Shown: positions 18,682 to 28,982, counted from the stretch's first letter. The stretch: 64,000 bases of DNA from Pseudomonadota bacterium (GCA_023410905.1 JAEYPL010000031.1:31137-95136), one strand, 5' to 3'. Made by a program: numbers and translations. Notes: generated by a model not told the origin, from the sequence alone.

Positions 18682-19749
18682 ATGACTAATCGTGACAATT
18701 CCGAACTTGGTAGGCTGACGCGCCGGCAGATGCTCGCTGGTTCCGCCACCTTCGCAGCGGCCGGCGTTCTGGGCGGGCCAGCCTTTGCGCAAGCCAAAGG
18801 CGAAATCATCGTTGCTAATTGGGGTGGTGATTGGGGCGATCGCACGGCGCGGTTCTTCGAGACGCCTATCGTCGAGAAGGCGGGTTACAAAGTCGTGCGG
18901 GATCTGGGTGCCATCGACCAGCGTCGTACGAAACTCCTGGCGGCGCGCCGCCTTCCGCGCGCGGCATTCGATGTCTCTCATCTCGACGACACGGATGCCT
19001 ACTTCATGAACACGCAGGGCGTGCTCGAGGAACTGTCAGATAAAGACATCCCCAATCTCGCTGACGTCCACGAGCAGATCCGGGCGCCGTACTTCATTCC
19101 GTGGCAGTTCAGCGGATGGGTCATCGGCTACAATCCCGACAAGGTGAAGGAGCCGCCGCAGAAGTTCGCAGATCTGTGGAATCCGAAATATGCCGGCATG
19201 ATCGGCTTCACCGACAATCACTGGTATCACCACATGGAGATGGCCGCGCTCGTCAACGGCGGCGATCTGACCAACATCAAGAACATAAAATCCGCTCTCC
19301 TCGACTTGAAGAAGGCGACTAATCCCCGACTTTATCCGCAGCACTTGCAGCAGGCGCAGGCCTTCAAGAATGACGAGATTTCGATCGGGCCGAACTACAA
19401 GTCGCGCATCATCCAGTTCGCGTCGGAGGGCATCAAACTGACACCCGTATTCCCCACCGAAGGCACTGTCAGCATCACGTTCGGAGCCGTCATCCCGAAG
19501 AAGGCACCAAACAAGGAAGGTGCGCTGTTTTACGGGAATGCCCTCATTGATCCGATTGGCATGGCCGGTCTCGCTCAGCAGTCGTTCTATGCGCCAGCGA
19601 ACAAGAAAGCTGTCTTGCCGCCGGATGCGTCGAAGCTGATCGAGTTCACGGAAGACGAGCGCAAGAAGCTGCGTGCACGCGAGAACGGCTTCTGGGCAGA
19701 GAATCGCGCGTCGCTGCTCGAGTGGTGGAACAAGGATTTCAAAGGGTGA
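18682..19749 (+). CDS. PotD/PotF-like periplasmic substrate-binding protein (ABC transporter) with a Tat-type signal peptide
   Basis: Twin-arginine leader LTRRQMLAGSATFAAAGVLGGPAFAQA. Polyamine/opine-type SBP body. RBS GAAGGAGAG upstream. Confidence 0.9.
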   Translation: MTNRDNSELGRLTRRQMLAGSATFAAAGVLGGPAFAQAKGEIIVANWGGDWGDRTARFFETPIVEKAGYKVVRDLGAIDQRRTKLLAARRLPRAAFDVSHLDDTDAYFMNTQGVLEELSDKDIPNLADVHEQIRAPYFIPWQFSGWVIGYNPDKVKEPPQKFADLWNPKYAGMIGFTDNHWYHHMEMAALVNGGDLTNIKNIKSALLDLKKATNPRLYPQHLQQAQAFKNDEISIGPNYKSRIIQFASEGIKLTPVFPTEGTVSITFGAVIPKKAPNKEGALFYGNALIDPIGMAGLAQQSFYAPANKKAVLPPDASKLIEFTEDERKKLRARENGFWAENRASLLEWWNKDFKG

Positions 19750-19768
19750 CATTCCGTACGGCAAACAC

Positions 19769-20662
19769 ATGCAGGCGGTAGCACCAAGCGAAGTCTCAGG
19801 GCCTAAGAAGCACAGGGCCCGAGGCGTGTCAGCGCCTTGGGTCCTGTCGGCACCTGCGATGATCTTCGTCTCGTTGTTCTTGCTCGTCCCGCTGGTCATC
19901 ATGCTGCGATTGAGCGTGAGCAAATATGATCCAGCGGAGATGTATCTTCAGGTCTTCACGGCCGAAAACTACGTGAAGTTTTTCACGGACAGCTTCTACC
20001 GCCACGTTTTATGGACGACGTTGTTGGTGTCGGGCGTCACAACGTTTTTGTGTCTCATCGGCGGGCTTCCGGTCGCATACTTCATATCCCGCTCGCCATC
20101 TGATCTGCTGAAACGCGTACTCATCATAGCAGTCGTTCTGCCGCTTCTAATGGGAAGCGTCGTGCGTACGGCCGGCTGGATCATCGTCCTCGACAACAGC
20201 GGCGTGCTCAAGTTCACGCTCAGCTATCTCGGTCTGCTGGTCGATACGCCACTGCTCTTCACGACCGGCGCTGTGATTGCGGGCCTGACATCGGTTCTGT
20301 TGCCCTTCATGATCATTACGCTTCACAGCGTGATGGAAGCCATCGATCCGGCCCTTGAGGAAGCCTCGTCCAGCCTCGGCGCCACGCCGCTCACGACATT
20401 TCGGCGGGTTGTGCTGCCGCTTCTGATTCCTGGCATTCTCGCTGGCTGTGTCCTCTGCTTCATACTCTCGATGAACGCCTATGCGACGCCGGTACTCCTT
20501 GGCGGTCCGCAATTCCACATGATGGCGCCCAAGGTCTACGAGCAAATTGCCAAGAGCATGAACTGGCCGTTCGGCGCCGCACTCGCCTTCGTGCTGATCT
20601 CGGTGACGGCCCTGCTCACGGTGGCGTCGAGCCTCGCCTTCGGACGTAAGACGCGCGCATGA
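19769..20662 (+). CDS. PotB-like ABC transporter permease
   Basis: Multi-TM protein with the EAA loop EEASSSLGATPLTTFRRVVLP. ATG at 19769; the ORF track GTG at 19673 would overlap the SBP gene. Confidence 0.85.
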   Translation: MQAVAPSEVSGPKKHRARGVSAPWVLSAPAMIFVSLFLLVPLVIMLRLSVSKYDPAEMYLQVFTAENYVKFFTDSFYRHVLWTTLLVSGVTTFLCLIGGLPVAYFISRSPSDLLKRVLIIAVVLPLLMGSVVRTAGWIIVLDNSGVLKFTLSYLGLLVDTPLLFTTGAVIAGLTSVLLPFMIITLHSVMEAIDPALEEASSSLGATPLTTFRRVVLPLLIPGILAGCVLCFILSMNAYATPVLLGGPQFHMMAPKVYEQIAKSMNWPFGAALAFVLISVTALLTVASSLAFGRKTRA

Positions 20663-21489
20663 CATCCATCATGAAAAGCGGGGCACTCAGTTCACTGCAG
20701 CGCGCGGCCTATCTCGGTGCCGTCTGGGGCATCCTGTTCTTCATCCTCGCGCCCCTCGGCATCACGATTTGGGTGGCGTTCTTCAGCAATAAGATCATGT
20801 CGTTCCCGCCGGAAGGCTACACGCTCGAGTGGTTTATTCGGGCGTGGGAATTGGCGGCTTTCCGCAACGGCTTCCTGCTCAGCGCGCAACTGGCGCTCAC
20901 GGCTGCTGCTCTGGGCTTGCTCCTCGGTGTGCCGGCGGCGATCGCGATCGCGCGCTATCGTTTTCCGGGACGTGAGATCATCAATACGGCGTTGATGTCG
21001 CCGATCATGGTTCCGGCAATCGTGGCCGGCAGCGCGATCTATCTGTTCTACATCGAGTTTCAGATCGCGACGGAAGTGCAAGTAGCGGGTACGCTGCCGG
21101 GCCTCGTCATTTCGCACACGCTCATCGCCGTGCCGTGGGTGCTGCGCCTAGTCACGGCATCGCTGGTCGGCATGGATCCTGCCATCGAAGAAGCGTCGAT
21201 GAGCCTTGGTGCCAGCCGCTTCACCACGTTCAGGCGCATCACTCTGCCAGTCATCCGGCCTGGCATCATAGCCGGTGGCCTGTTCGCATTCATCGTCTCC
21301 TTCGGTGATCTGGAGAAGTCGCTGCTGCTAGTCGGCCCGGGGCGCTCTACGCTGCCGATAGCCATGCTGAACTATCTTGAGTACCGGACCGATCCCACGA
21401 TCATGTCGGTCGCCACCATCCAGATCCTGATCATCGGCGCCGCGCTCGTCATCTCGGATCGCTTTGTCAGACTGAGCCGTACCTTCTAG
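20659..21489 (+). CDS. PotC-like ABC transporter permease
   Basis: EAA loop EEASMSLGASRFTTFRRITLP. 4-nt overlap with the upstream permease. Confidence 0.9.
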   Translation: MTSIMKSGALSSLQRAAYLGAVWGILFFILAPLGITIWVAFFSNKIMSFPPEGYTLEWFIRAWELAAFRNGFLLSAQLALTAAALGLLLGVPAAIAIARYRFPGREIINTALMSPIMVPAIVAGSAIYLFYIEFQIATEVQVAGTLPGLVISHTLIAVPWVLRLVTASLVGMDPAIEEASMSLGASRFTTFRRITLPVIRPGIIAGGLFAFIVSFGDLEKSLLLVGPGRSTLPIAMLNYLEYRTDPTIMSVATIQILIIGAALVISDRFVRLSRTF

Positions 21490-21506
21490 GAGCCACTGAG
21501 AATTCC

Positions 21507-22595
21507 ATGTCGACCATTTCGCTCCAGAATGTCGTCAAGTTTTACGGTTCGGCACTTGCGGTCGAGGATTTCTCGCTCGAGATCGCGCAGGGGGAGTTCC
21601 TGGCGCTGCTGGGGCCGAGCGGCTGCGGCAAAACCACCACGCTGCGCATGATCGCCGGCTTCATCGATGCGAGTAGCGGCCGAATTCTTTTCGACGATCG
21701 CGATGTCACGCATCTTCCACCCAATCGCCGCAATACGGGTATGGTGTTCCAAGGCTTTGCGCTCTTTCCCCACATGACGGTGTTCGAGAACGTCGCCTAT
21801 GGCCTTGAAATGCGGCGCGTTGGCAAGGAGGAGATCAAGGACCGCGTTGCGAAGATCCTGGATCGCGTGCAGCTCGGCCACCTTGCTGGTCGGCTACCGA
21901 AGCAGCTCTCCGGCGGTCAGCAGCAGCGGGTCGCGTTGGCTCGCGCGCTAGTGATCAACCCGGATGTCCTGCTTCTCGATGAGCCGCTGTCTGCACTCGA
22001 TGCCAAGCTACGGCACGAGGTTCGTCTCCAGATTCGACAGTTGCAGCAGTCGCTAGGTCTGACGACGATTTTTGTTACGCACGATCAGGAAGAAGCACTC
22101 AGTCTCGCCGATCGCCTGGTGGTGATGAGCAATGGCCGCGTCGAGCAGATCGGGTCGCCGTCCGATCTTTATGAGCGTCCGGCTACCCCGTTCGTCGCGG
22201 ACTTCATCGGCAAATCGAATTTCTTCAAGGGCAGTATTGAGGGGCAGGTGTTTACGTCCGAATTCGGCGCCAAGCTGCGCGTTTCGAATCCGGATGCAGC
22301 TGGCGGCGAACGTGCACTAGTTGCAATTCGGCCTGAAAAGATCCGGTTGCGGGAGGCGAATGGTGCTGCGGTATCGGCGACCGAGAATGAGCTTCCAGGT
22401 GTCATTGAATTCGTAAGCTATCTGGGACCGACGACCGAGTATGCAATCCGTCTCGACGGCGGGCCGATCGTGCTCGTCCGTCAGCAGAACGAGACGGCAG
22501 CAGCGCGCGCGAGCTTGACTGTTGGGCGCCCCATCGCCCTCGGTGTCGCTCCGGAAAACTGCATGGTCTTTGCCGAGCCGCGCCCCCATACCTAA
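21507..22595 (+). CDS. PotA-like ABC transporter ATP-binding protein
   Basis: Walker A GPSGCGKTT, signature LSGGQQQRVALARAL, Walker B LLLDEPLSALD and a C-terminal TOBE-like domain. Confidence 0.9.
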   Translation: MSTISLQNVVKFYGSALAVEDFSLEIAQGEFLALLGPSGCGKTTTLRMIAGFIDASSGRILFDDRDVTHLPPNRRNTGMVFQGFALFPHMTVFENVAYGLEMRRVGKEEIKDRVAKILDRVQLGHLAGRLPKQLSGGQQQRVALARALVINPDVLLLDEPLSALDAKLRHEVRLQIRQLQQSLGLTTIFVTHDQEEALSLADRLVVMSNGRVEQIGSPSDLYERPATPFVADFIGKSNFFKGSIEGQVFTSEFGAKLRVSNPDAAGGERALVAIRPEKIRLREANGAAVSATENELPGVIEFVSYLGPTTEYAIRLDGGPIVLVRQQNETAAARASLTVGRPIALGVAPENCMVFAEPRPHT

Positions 22596-22635
22596 AGTCG
22601 CACCTGCGGGTCCGATGTTTGCGAGGAATGAATTG

Positions 22636-24297
22636 ATGACCAGCATCACCGTCTTTGTCGCTCGCAGGATCATCACCATGGACCCCGGCCGGCCGGAAGG
22701 AACGGCGGTCGCCGTGATGGACGGCCGCATATTATCCGTCGGCAGTCTCACAAGCCTTCAGCCTTGGCTCAGCCGCTACCCTCACACGATCGATGACACA
22801 TTTGCCGACAAAGTCATCATGCCGGGTTTTATCGATCCTCACACACACCTCGGTATCTCCGGCGCCTATCTGAGCGTGAACTACGTCGGCCCGATCGAGT
22901 CGCCCGGGCCGAACGGAATGAATGCCGCGCTTCTCGATCGGGACGCCGTAGTGCGACGCATTCGCGAACTGATTGCGCTCGATCCAGATCCGGAGCGGCC
23001 CCTGATCACATGGGGACTCGATCCCGCCGTCCAGGGTGGTCACCTCCATCGTGACGAGCTGGACGGCATCTCCTCGGAGAAGCCCGTCTGGGTTCTCTCG
23101 TACGCGCCGCATTACGTCTATGCGAACAGCAAGATGATCGAGCGGCTGGGCGTGACGGATGCGACCAACGTCCACGGCATTGGCAAGTACCCTGACGGTC
23201 GCCTCAATGGTCAGTTTGTCGAGATGGAGGCGCTGCACGTCGCGTTCGGGCCTGTACGCGAGGAGTTCACGAGGCCGGACAACAATATGGCGTCGCTCCG
23301 CATGATGGGGCAGACGGCGAAGCGGGCAGGCATCACCACGACAGCAGATCTCGCCTTCGGCTTCACCGAATTCGAGAGCGACTGGGCTTACCATGAGAAG
23401 GTCGTCAACAGTGCAGACTTCCCGATCCGCATGGCGCTGGTGCCGATGGAGTCGGCTATTCACCGCATTCATGGAAAGAACGCGCCCGAATTCGTTAAGA
23501 GCCTCTCGCGCCGTTCGACCGAGAAGCTGTTCTTCCACGGCATCAAGTTCCTTGGCGACGGCTCCTATCCCGCCATGTCGCTGCGCGTGAAGTTCCCGGG
23601 ATATCTAGACGGAGGCAACGGTCTGCGGGGTGATATCCCGTGGGAGGAATACAAGGATCGGATGCTGCCCTATTGGAAGGCTGGCATCCAAATTCATGCG
23701 CACGCCAACGGCGACGAGACCGTCGACGCCACGCTCGATGCGCTGGCACAGCTGCAGCAGGAGCACCCACGCTTCGACCACCGCTTCACGATCGAGCACT
23801 ACTGCATCAGCACACCTGATCAGGCGCGCCGCTTGAAGGCGCTTGGCGGCATGGCGAGCGTCAACATCTATTTCGTGCACTATCGTGGCCAGCTTCACAG
23901 CGAGCAAGGCTTCGGCCCCGACCGCTCGGAAGCGACGGCACGCCTCGGAAGCCTGGAGCGCGAAGGTGTAATCTTCGCCCTACACTCCGACTTCTCGCTC
24001 GTCGTTGTGCCTCTTCATCCTCTAACCGCGGCTTGGGTTGCGATCAATCGTGTGGCGGCGGACGGCAAGACCGTACTTGCGCCAGGCGAGCGCATCGGGA
24101 TCGATCGCGCCATGCGTGCCATTACCATCGACGCTGCTCACCTCCTGCGACTGGATAGCAAACTCGGCAGCATCGAGGTTGGCAAGTACGCGGACTTCAC
24201 GATCCTTGACGACGACCCTTATGCGGTCGCCCCGATAGCGCTTAGGGATATTCCGATCTGGGGTACCGTGCTCGGTGGCGTGAAGCAGCCGGCTTAG
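22636..24297 (+). CDS. Metal-dependent amidohydrolase (Amidohydro_3 / YtcJ-like), copy 2
   Basis: Collinear with copy 1 (PGFIDPHTHL, HAHANGDETVD, HSDFSLVVVPLHPLTAAW). The ATG at 22636 is preceded by GAGGAA and aligns with the copy-1 start. Confidence 0.9.
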   Translation: MTSITVFVARRIITMDPGRPEGTAVAVMDGRILSVGSLTSLQPWLSRYPHTIDDTFADKVIMPGFIDPHTHLGISGAYLSVNYVGPIESPGPNGMNAALLDRDAVVRRIRELIALDPDPERPLITWGLDPAVQGGHLHRDELDGISSEKPVWVLSYAPHYVYANSKMIERLGVTDATNVHGIGKYPDGRLNGQFVEMEALHVAFGPVREEFTRPDNNMASLRMMGQTAKRAGITTTADLAFGFTEFESDWAYHEKVVNSADFPIRMALVPMESAIHRIHGKNAPEFVKSLSRRSTEKLFFHGIKFLGDGSYPAMSLRVKFPGYLDGGNGLRGDIPWEEYKDRMLPYWKAGIQIHAHANGDETVDATLDALAQLQQEHPRFDHRFTIEHYCISTPDQARRLKALGGMASVNIYFVHYRGQLHSEQGFGPDRSEATARLGSLEREGVIFALHSDFSLVVVPLHPLTAAWVAINRVAADGKTVLAPGERIGIDRAMRAITIDAAHLLRLDSKLGSIEVGKYADFTILDDDPYAVAPIALRDIPIWGTVLGGVKQPA

Positions 24298-24313
24298 CTC
24301 GGAGTGCAGTCGC

Positions 24314-25378
24314 GTGTCTCAGCCAACCGATAGCAAACGCCCCGCCATCGACAGCACCCGGGCCGATGCGGCGGCGACATGGCAGATGCTGCTCGGCATT
24401 GCGCAGGCTGCGCGCCTGATGCCGGAGCGTCGTGCCGCAGCACCCGGATCGGTAGAGTTCTCGCTCATCGCGGGCTTCCTAGGCGCCGGCAAGACGACAC
24501 TGGTCAATCACCTCCTGGGCGGTGCGCATGGGCGCCGCCTCGCCGTCATCGTCAATGATTTTGGCGCCATCAACATCGACACATCCCTGATCAGTCGGCG
24601 CGATCGCGACACGATAAGCCTGACGAATGGCTGTGCGTGCTGCAGCATGGCCCGTGGCTTGACAGAAACGCTGCTTACGCTCACTGAGCAAGCAGAGCCC
24701 CCGGAGGCGATCATACTGGAGGCCAGCGGCATCGCTGAGCCGCAGCCCATTCTTCATGTCGCCCTTACCAATCCCGCTTTGGCGCTCAACGGTGTCGTCA
24801 CGCTCGTGGATACAGAGACCGCTCTGGAGCACGCCAGTGATCCAAACTTCGGCGCCATCGTGACGCGCCAAGTGAGTGGTGCCGATCTCGTGGTTCTGAA
24901 CAAATCGGATCTTGCAACGCCAGCAATGTCGGACGACGTACAGGCCTGGGCGCGGCGTATCGCGCCAAATGCCGCCATCGTGAGGTCCACAGAGGCGAAT
25001 GTAGCCACTGAGGTCGTGCTCGGTTATCAGGCGTCGCACGCCATGCCCGCACAAGATGGTCGTGATGTGAGCGGAGGCACCAGCAAACCGTTCCGGAGCT
25101 GGAGCTTTGCGTTCGACGAAGCGCTGAGCGCCGAGCGCGTGCGCAAGCTTTCGGAAACCTTGCCGCACGGCATTCTGCGCGCCAAAGGCACGCTCTATCT
25201 CGCCGACGCTTCCGAGCATCGGCATGTCTATCAGCTCGTTGGCCGCCGGTGGCGGCTGTCGCGCGACATAATATGGGGTGAAGCGCGCCCACGATCAGAG
25301 ATCGTCTTCATTGCAGCTGACAGCTTGATCGAAGAAGCTCAGATCAGGCGCTGCCTGGACGAGTGCGTCGTGACCTGA
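24314..25378 (+). CDS. COG0523/CobW-family G3E GTPase (putative metallochaperone), copy 2
   Basis: P-loop GFLGAGKTTLVN, CxCC motif (NGCACCSM) and VVLNKSDL. GTG start 16 nt after the amidohydrolase stop. Confidence 0.9.
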   Translation: MSQPTDSKRPAIDSTRADAAATWQMLLGIAQAARLMPERRAAAPGSVEFSLIAGFLGAGKTTLVNHLLGGAHGRRLAVIVNDFGAINIDTSLISRRDRDTISLTNGCACCSMARGLTETLLTLTEQAEPPEAIILEASGIAEPQPILHVALTNPALALNGVVTLVDTETALEHASDPNFGAIVTRQVSGADLVVLNKSDLATPAMSDDVQAWARRIAPNAAIVRSTEANVATEVVLGYQASHAMPAQDGRDVSGGTSKPFRSWSFAFDEALSAERVRKLSETLPHGILRAKGTLYLADASEHRHVYQLVGRRWRLSRDIIWGEARPRSEIVFIAADSLIEEAQIRRCLDECVVT

Positions 25379-25384
25379 GCACGC

Positions 25385-25963
25385 TTAGCTGTCGCTTACG
25401 TCGCGCGATGCGCCCTCCAGGAAGCCGTGCACGTAGGGCGCGAAAGATCTCCAGCACACCACGCGGTAGCCTCGATCCGCGCTCGACCGAACGAGCACGA
25501 TTTCTGCTTTCCCGAGCACGGTGCGCGTGGCCGATCCTGCAGGAAAAGCAGCGTCATCAAGGTCGAGCGCCACGCCGGCATTGAGCACTATCGGTGCCTT
25601 CACACCCGCCACGACCATCGATACATTGCGATGGCTGACGTCGACGAGCGAGTGGTGTTTCCCTTCGAGAGCTGCGCTGATCAGTTGTGCCAGCGCATCA
25701 CTATCGCCCGCCGGCGCCATCAGCAGCCATTCGTCCGGGCCCAGGCGGGCCGCCGTCTTTTCTTCGGTCGCGATTGCCGTATTGATGCGGCCCGTAAGAT
25801 CGAAGCCAGCGACGTGCCGAATGCTCTCGGCGATCGCAGGTGCAATACGCAGCGCGTAGGCCGTGCTTGCTTCAATGTTCGAGATCGTCACGCCAGATGC
25901 CGCGCCTGACGCAACAACATCCTGTGCTCGCAGGCGGGTGCTGTTCGAGTGCCGCTCAGACAT
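25385..25963 (-). CDS. soxG: Sarcosine oxidase gamma subunit
   Basis: It is the last gene of the soxBDAG order and has a SoxG-like sequence (..YALRIAPAIAESIRHVAGFDLTGRINTA..LGPDEWLLMAP..). The ATG at 25963 overlaps the soxA stop by 8 nt. Confidence 0.85.
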   Translation of the reverse strand: MSERHSNSTRLRAQDVVASGAASGVTISNIEASTAYALRIAPAIAESIRHVAGFDLTGRINTAIATEEKTAARLGPDEWLLMAPAGDSDALAQLISAALEGKHHSLVDVSHRNVSMVVAGVKAPIVLNAGVALDLDDAAFPAGSATRTVLGKAEIVLVRSSADRGYRVVCWRSFAPYVHGFLEGASRDVSDS

Positions 25964-28900
25964 GGGCCAGATTCCCGTTAACGCGCTTGCCCTCTGCATC
26001 GAAGAAGACGGGCGGCGCGACTGTGGCGGCAGCAAAGCCGTCAGGCGTCGTGATGTGAAGCGTCTCGCCTATGCGGGCGCGTCCCCCGGCCACGAGCGCG
26101 AGCGCAATAGGTCGGCCGGCAGCGTCGCTCCAGTAGCTCGACGTCACGTGTCCCAGCATCTTCATCGGAATTGGCGCTTTGGGATCAGCAACGATCTGCG
26201 CGCCTTCATCAAGCACGACCTTTTGATCCGTCGTCAGCAGGCCGACAAGCTGCTTGCGATCGGGCAGCACCATATCCGACCGTGAAATCGAACGCTTACC
26301 AACGAAGTCGCGCTTTGCCGCGGAGACCATGCCCCCGAGCCCCGCGTCATCAGGCGTCACCGTGCCATCCGTATCCTGCCCCACGATGATGAAGCCGCGT
26401 TCCGCACGGAGCACGTGCATGGTTTCTGTGCCATAAGGCGTGATGCCGGACGACGCGCCCTGCTTGATGATGGCATTCCAAACCGCCGGCATGTGCCCGC
26501 TCGGCACATTGATCTCGTAACCGAGCTCGCCGGTGAAGGACACGCGGAACAGGCGTGTCGGCACCCCGCATATTTTGCCCATGCGAATGGACATGTGCGG
26601 AAACGCGACTGGCGATAGGTCGATGTCTTCTACGAGCGGTTCGATCGCATCACGCGCCTTGGGTCCTTGCACGGCGATGACACCCCACTGCTCGGTCGTC
26701 GAGGTGAGATAGACCTTCAGATCGCTCCATTCGGTTTGGAGATAATCCTCCATGTGCATGAGAACCCGGGCAGCACCGCCCGTGGTGGTCGTCACATGGA
26801 AGCGATCTTCGGCGATGCGCGCAACGACGCCGTCATCGAAGATGAAACCGTCTTCGCGCAGCATGAGGCCGTATCGGCAACGGCCGGGCGCCAGCTTCAA
26901 CCAGGCATTGGTGTAGATGCGATTGAGGAACTCAGCAGCGTCCGGGCCGACAACCTCGATTTTCCCGAGCGTTGATGCGTCGAATATGCCAACGCCCGAT
27001 CGCACCGCGCGGCATTCGCGACTTACGGCCGCGTGCATATCCTCGCCCGCGCGCGGGAAGTGGCGTGCCCGGCGCCAGAGGGACACGGGCTCGAAGACCG
27101 CGCCTTGAGCTTCAGCCCAATCGTGCAGCGGTGCCTTACGCACGGGATCGAACAGGGCATCCCGTGCTTGCCCTACGATGGCACCGAAGGACACGGGGGT
27201 GAATGGCGGGCGAAATGTTGTCGTGCCGACCTCGGGAACGGGCTTATCGAGAGTGTCGGCTACGATCCCGAGCGCGAGCATGTTCGACGTCTTGCCCTGG
27301 TCCGTCGCCATGCCCGTCGTCGTATAGCGCTTGACGTGCTCGATGCTTTGGAAGCCCTCACGAACGGCGAGCTTGATGTCCTTCGCCGTGACATCATTCT
27401 GGAAATCCAGGAACGCGCGCACCCGGCCTTGATCGCGATCGGTCGGCAATACTCTCGTGCGCCCGATGTCGGTGCGCTGCGCGGGGGCCACCGCAAAGGA
27501 CTTGCTCGTCACCGTGCCCACGGCCTCGGCGCCGGCGGACCAGGCTTCAGACAGGACGCCAGGAAGATCGTACGTGCCGTTGGCAGCTCCGGTTGAGCGC
27601 TCTGCCTGCACTGAAGTCCCGGGAACGAACGCATCGATTTCTTCGTGAAAGCGCAAGCGCCCGCGAGACTGCGAGAACAGATGTACTGCCGGCGTCCAGC
27701 CGCCCGACATGGCAACAGCGTCGCACGGCAATGTCCGATGCGCGCCGATCGCACCATCCTTACTCATCTCCGCGACGATCAGGCCTGTTACCCGCTTGCG
27801 ACCGCGTGAGCCGATGATCGTATGGCCGGTCAACACCTCGACACCGAGCGCGCGCAGCTCCCCTGCCTCTCTGCCGCACTGTGTCGGATGGCGGACGTCG
27901 ACAAACGTCACGTCTATCCCGGCAACCTTGGCATCCGCCGCGGCCTGATAGGCAGACGATGTCGCCCCGGCAAACACAATCCGGCGTCCGGGCGCAACCG
28001 CATAGCGGTTGATGTAGGCTCGTACGCTTTCCGCCAGCATAATGCCGGGTCGATCATTGTCGGCAAACGCCAGGGGACGCTCATGAGCACCCGCGGCTAG
28101 GATTACTTTCTTCGCGCGCACTTGCCATAGACGCTCGCGAGGGAGGTCACTCGCAGGCGCCGTCGGAAGATGGTCCGTGACGTGCTCGACCATCGCAATG
28201 TGATTGTGGTTGTAGTATCCGAAGACTGTCGTGCGCGGCAGGAGGATGACACCGGAGCGCGCGGACAAACTCCGAATGGACGCTGCAAGCCAGTCTTGAG
28301 CCGAGACCTCATCGATCCGTGAGGTTTTATCGTGCAGCAGCGTGCCACCAAGCTCCGCTTGCTCGTCGGCAAGAATGACGCGGGCGCCGCTCTCGGCTGC
28401 CGCGAGAGCTGCGGCCAGCCCAGCCGGCCCCCCACCCACGATGAGCACATCGCAATGCGCATTCCGTTGGGCATAGCGGTCCGGATCATTCTCCGTGGGG
28501 GCTACCCCGAGGCCCGCCATTGCGCGGATGGCCGGCTCGTACAGCCGATGCCAGAAGCTGCTCGGCCACTTGAAGGTCTTATAGTAGAAGCCAGCAACGA
28601 ATACCGGGGCGAACCAATCGTTGATTGCGCCGAAGTCCCAGTCTAGAGAAGGCCAGTGGTTCTGCGAACGCGTCGTCAGACCATCTACCGCCTCGACAAC
28701 GGTTGCCCTGTTGTTCGGATCCGTCCTGCCGCCACCGCGATCGACATTCAAAAGCGCATTTGGCTCGTCGGAACCATGACCAAGCACGCCGCGCGGGCGG
28801 TGATATTTGAATGAGCGCCCGACGAAGTGAGTGCCATTCGCCAAGAGTGCCGAGGCGACCGTATCTCCCGCGAAGCCGTCGATCGCGCGCCCGTTGAAGC

Positions 28901-28982
28901 TGAAGCGCACCGGCCGCGCGCGATCGATACGCCCGCCATTCGCGAGCCGAAAGGGCTGCCGCGAAGCAAGCGAAGGCATCAA
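25956..28982 (-). CDS. soxA: Sarcosine oxidase alpha subunit
   Basis: 1008 aa with an NAD/FAD Rossmann motif (DVLIVGGGPAGLAAALAAA). The C-terminal aminomethyltransferase/GcvT-like folate-binding domain includes GIFDASTLGKIEVVGPDAAEFLNRIY. Confidence 0.95.
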   Translation of the reverse strand: MMPSLASRQPFRLANGGRIDRARPVRFSFNGRAIDGFAGDTVASALLANGTHFVGRSFKYHRPRGVLGHGSDEPNALLNVDRGGGRTDPNNRATVVEAVDGLTTRSQNHWPSLDWDFGAINDWFAPVFVAGFYYKTFKWPSSFWHRLYEPAIRAMAGLGVAPTENDPDRYAQRNAHCDVLIVGGGPAGLAAALAAAESGARVILADEQAELGGTLLHDKTSRIDEVSAQDWLAASIRSLSARSGVILLPRTTVFGYYNHNHIAMVEHVTDHLPTAPASDLPRERLWQVRAKKVILAAGAHERPLAFADNDRPGIMLAESVRAYINRYAVAPGRRIVFAGATSSAYQAAADAKVAGIDVTFVDVRHPTQCGREAGELRALGVEVLTGHTIIGSRGRKRVTGLIVAEMSKDGAIGAHRTLPCDAVAMSGGWTPAVHLFSQSRGRLRFHEEIDAFVPGTSVQAERSTGAANGTYDLPGVLSEAWSAGAEAVGTVTSKSFAVAPAQRTDIGRTRVLPTDRDQGRVRAFLDFQNDVTAKDIKLAVREGFQSIEHVKRYTTTGMATDQGKTSNMLALGIVADTLDKPVPEVGTTTFRPPFTPVSFGAIVGQARDALFDPVRKAPLHDWAEAQGAVFEPVSLWRRARHFPRAGEDMHAAVSRECRAVRSGVGIFDASTLGKIEVVGPDAAEFLNRIYTNAWLKLAPGRCRYGLMLREDGFIFDDGVVARIAEDRFHVTTTTGGAARVLMHMEDYLQTEWSDLKVYLTSTTEQWGVIAVQGPKARDAIEPLVEDIDLSPVAFPHMSIRMGKICGVPTRLFRVSFTGELGYEINVPSGHMPAVWNAIIKQGASSGITPYGTETMHVLRAERGFIIVGQDTDGTVTPDDAGLGGMVSAAKRDFVGKRSISRSDMVLPDRKQLVGLLTTDQKVVLDEGAQIVADPKAPIPMKMLGHVTSSYWSDAAGRPIALALVAGGRARIGETLHITTPDGFAAATVAPPVFFDAEGKRVNGNLAHV

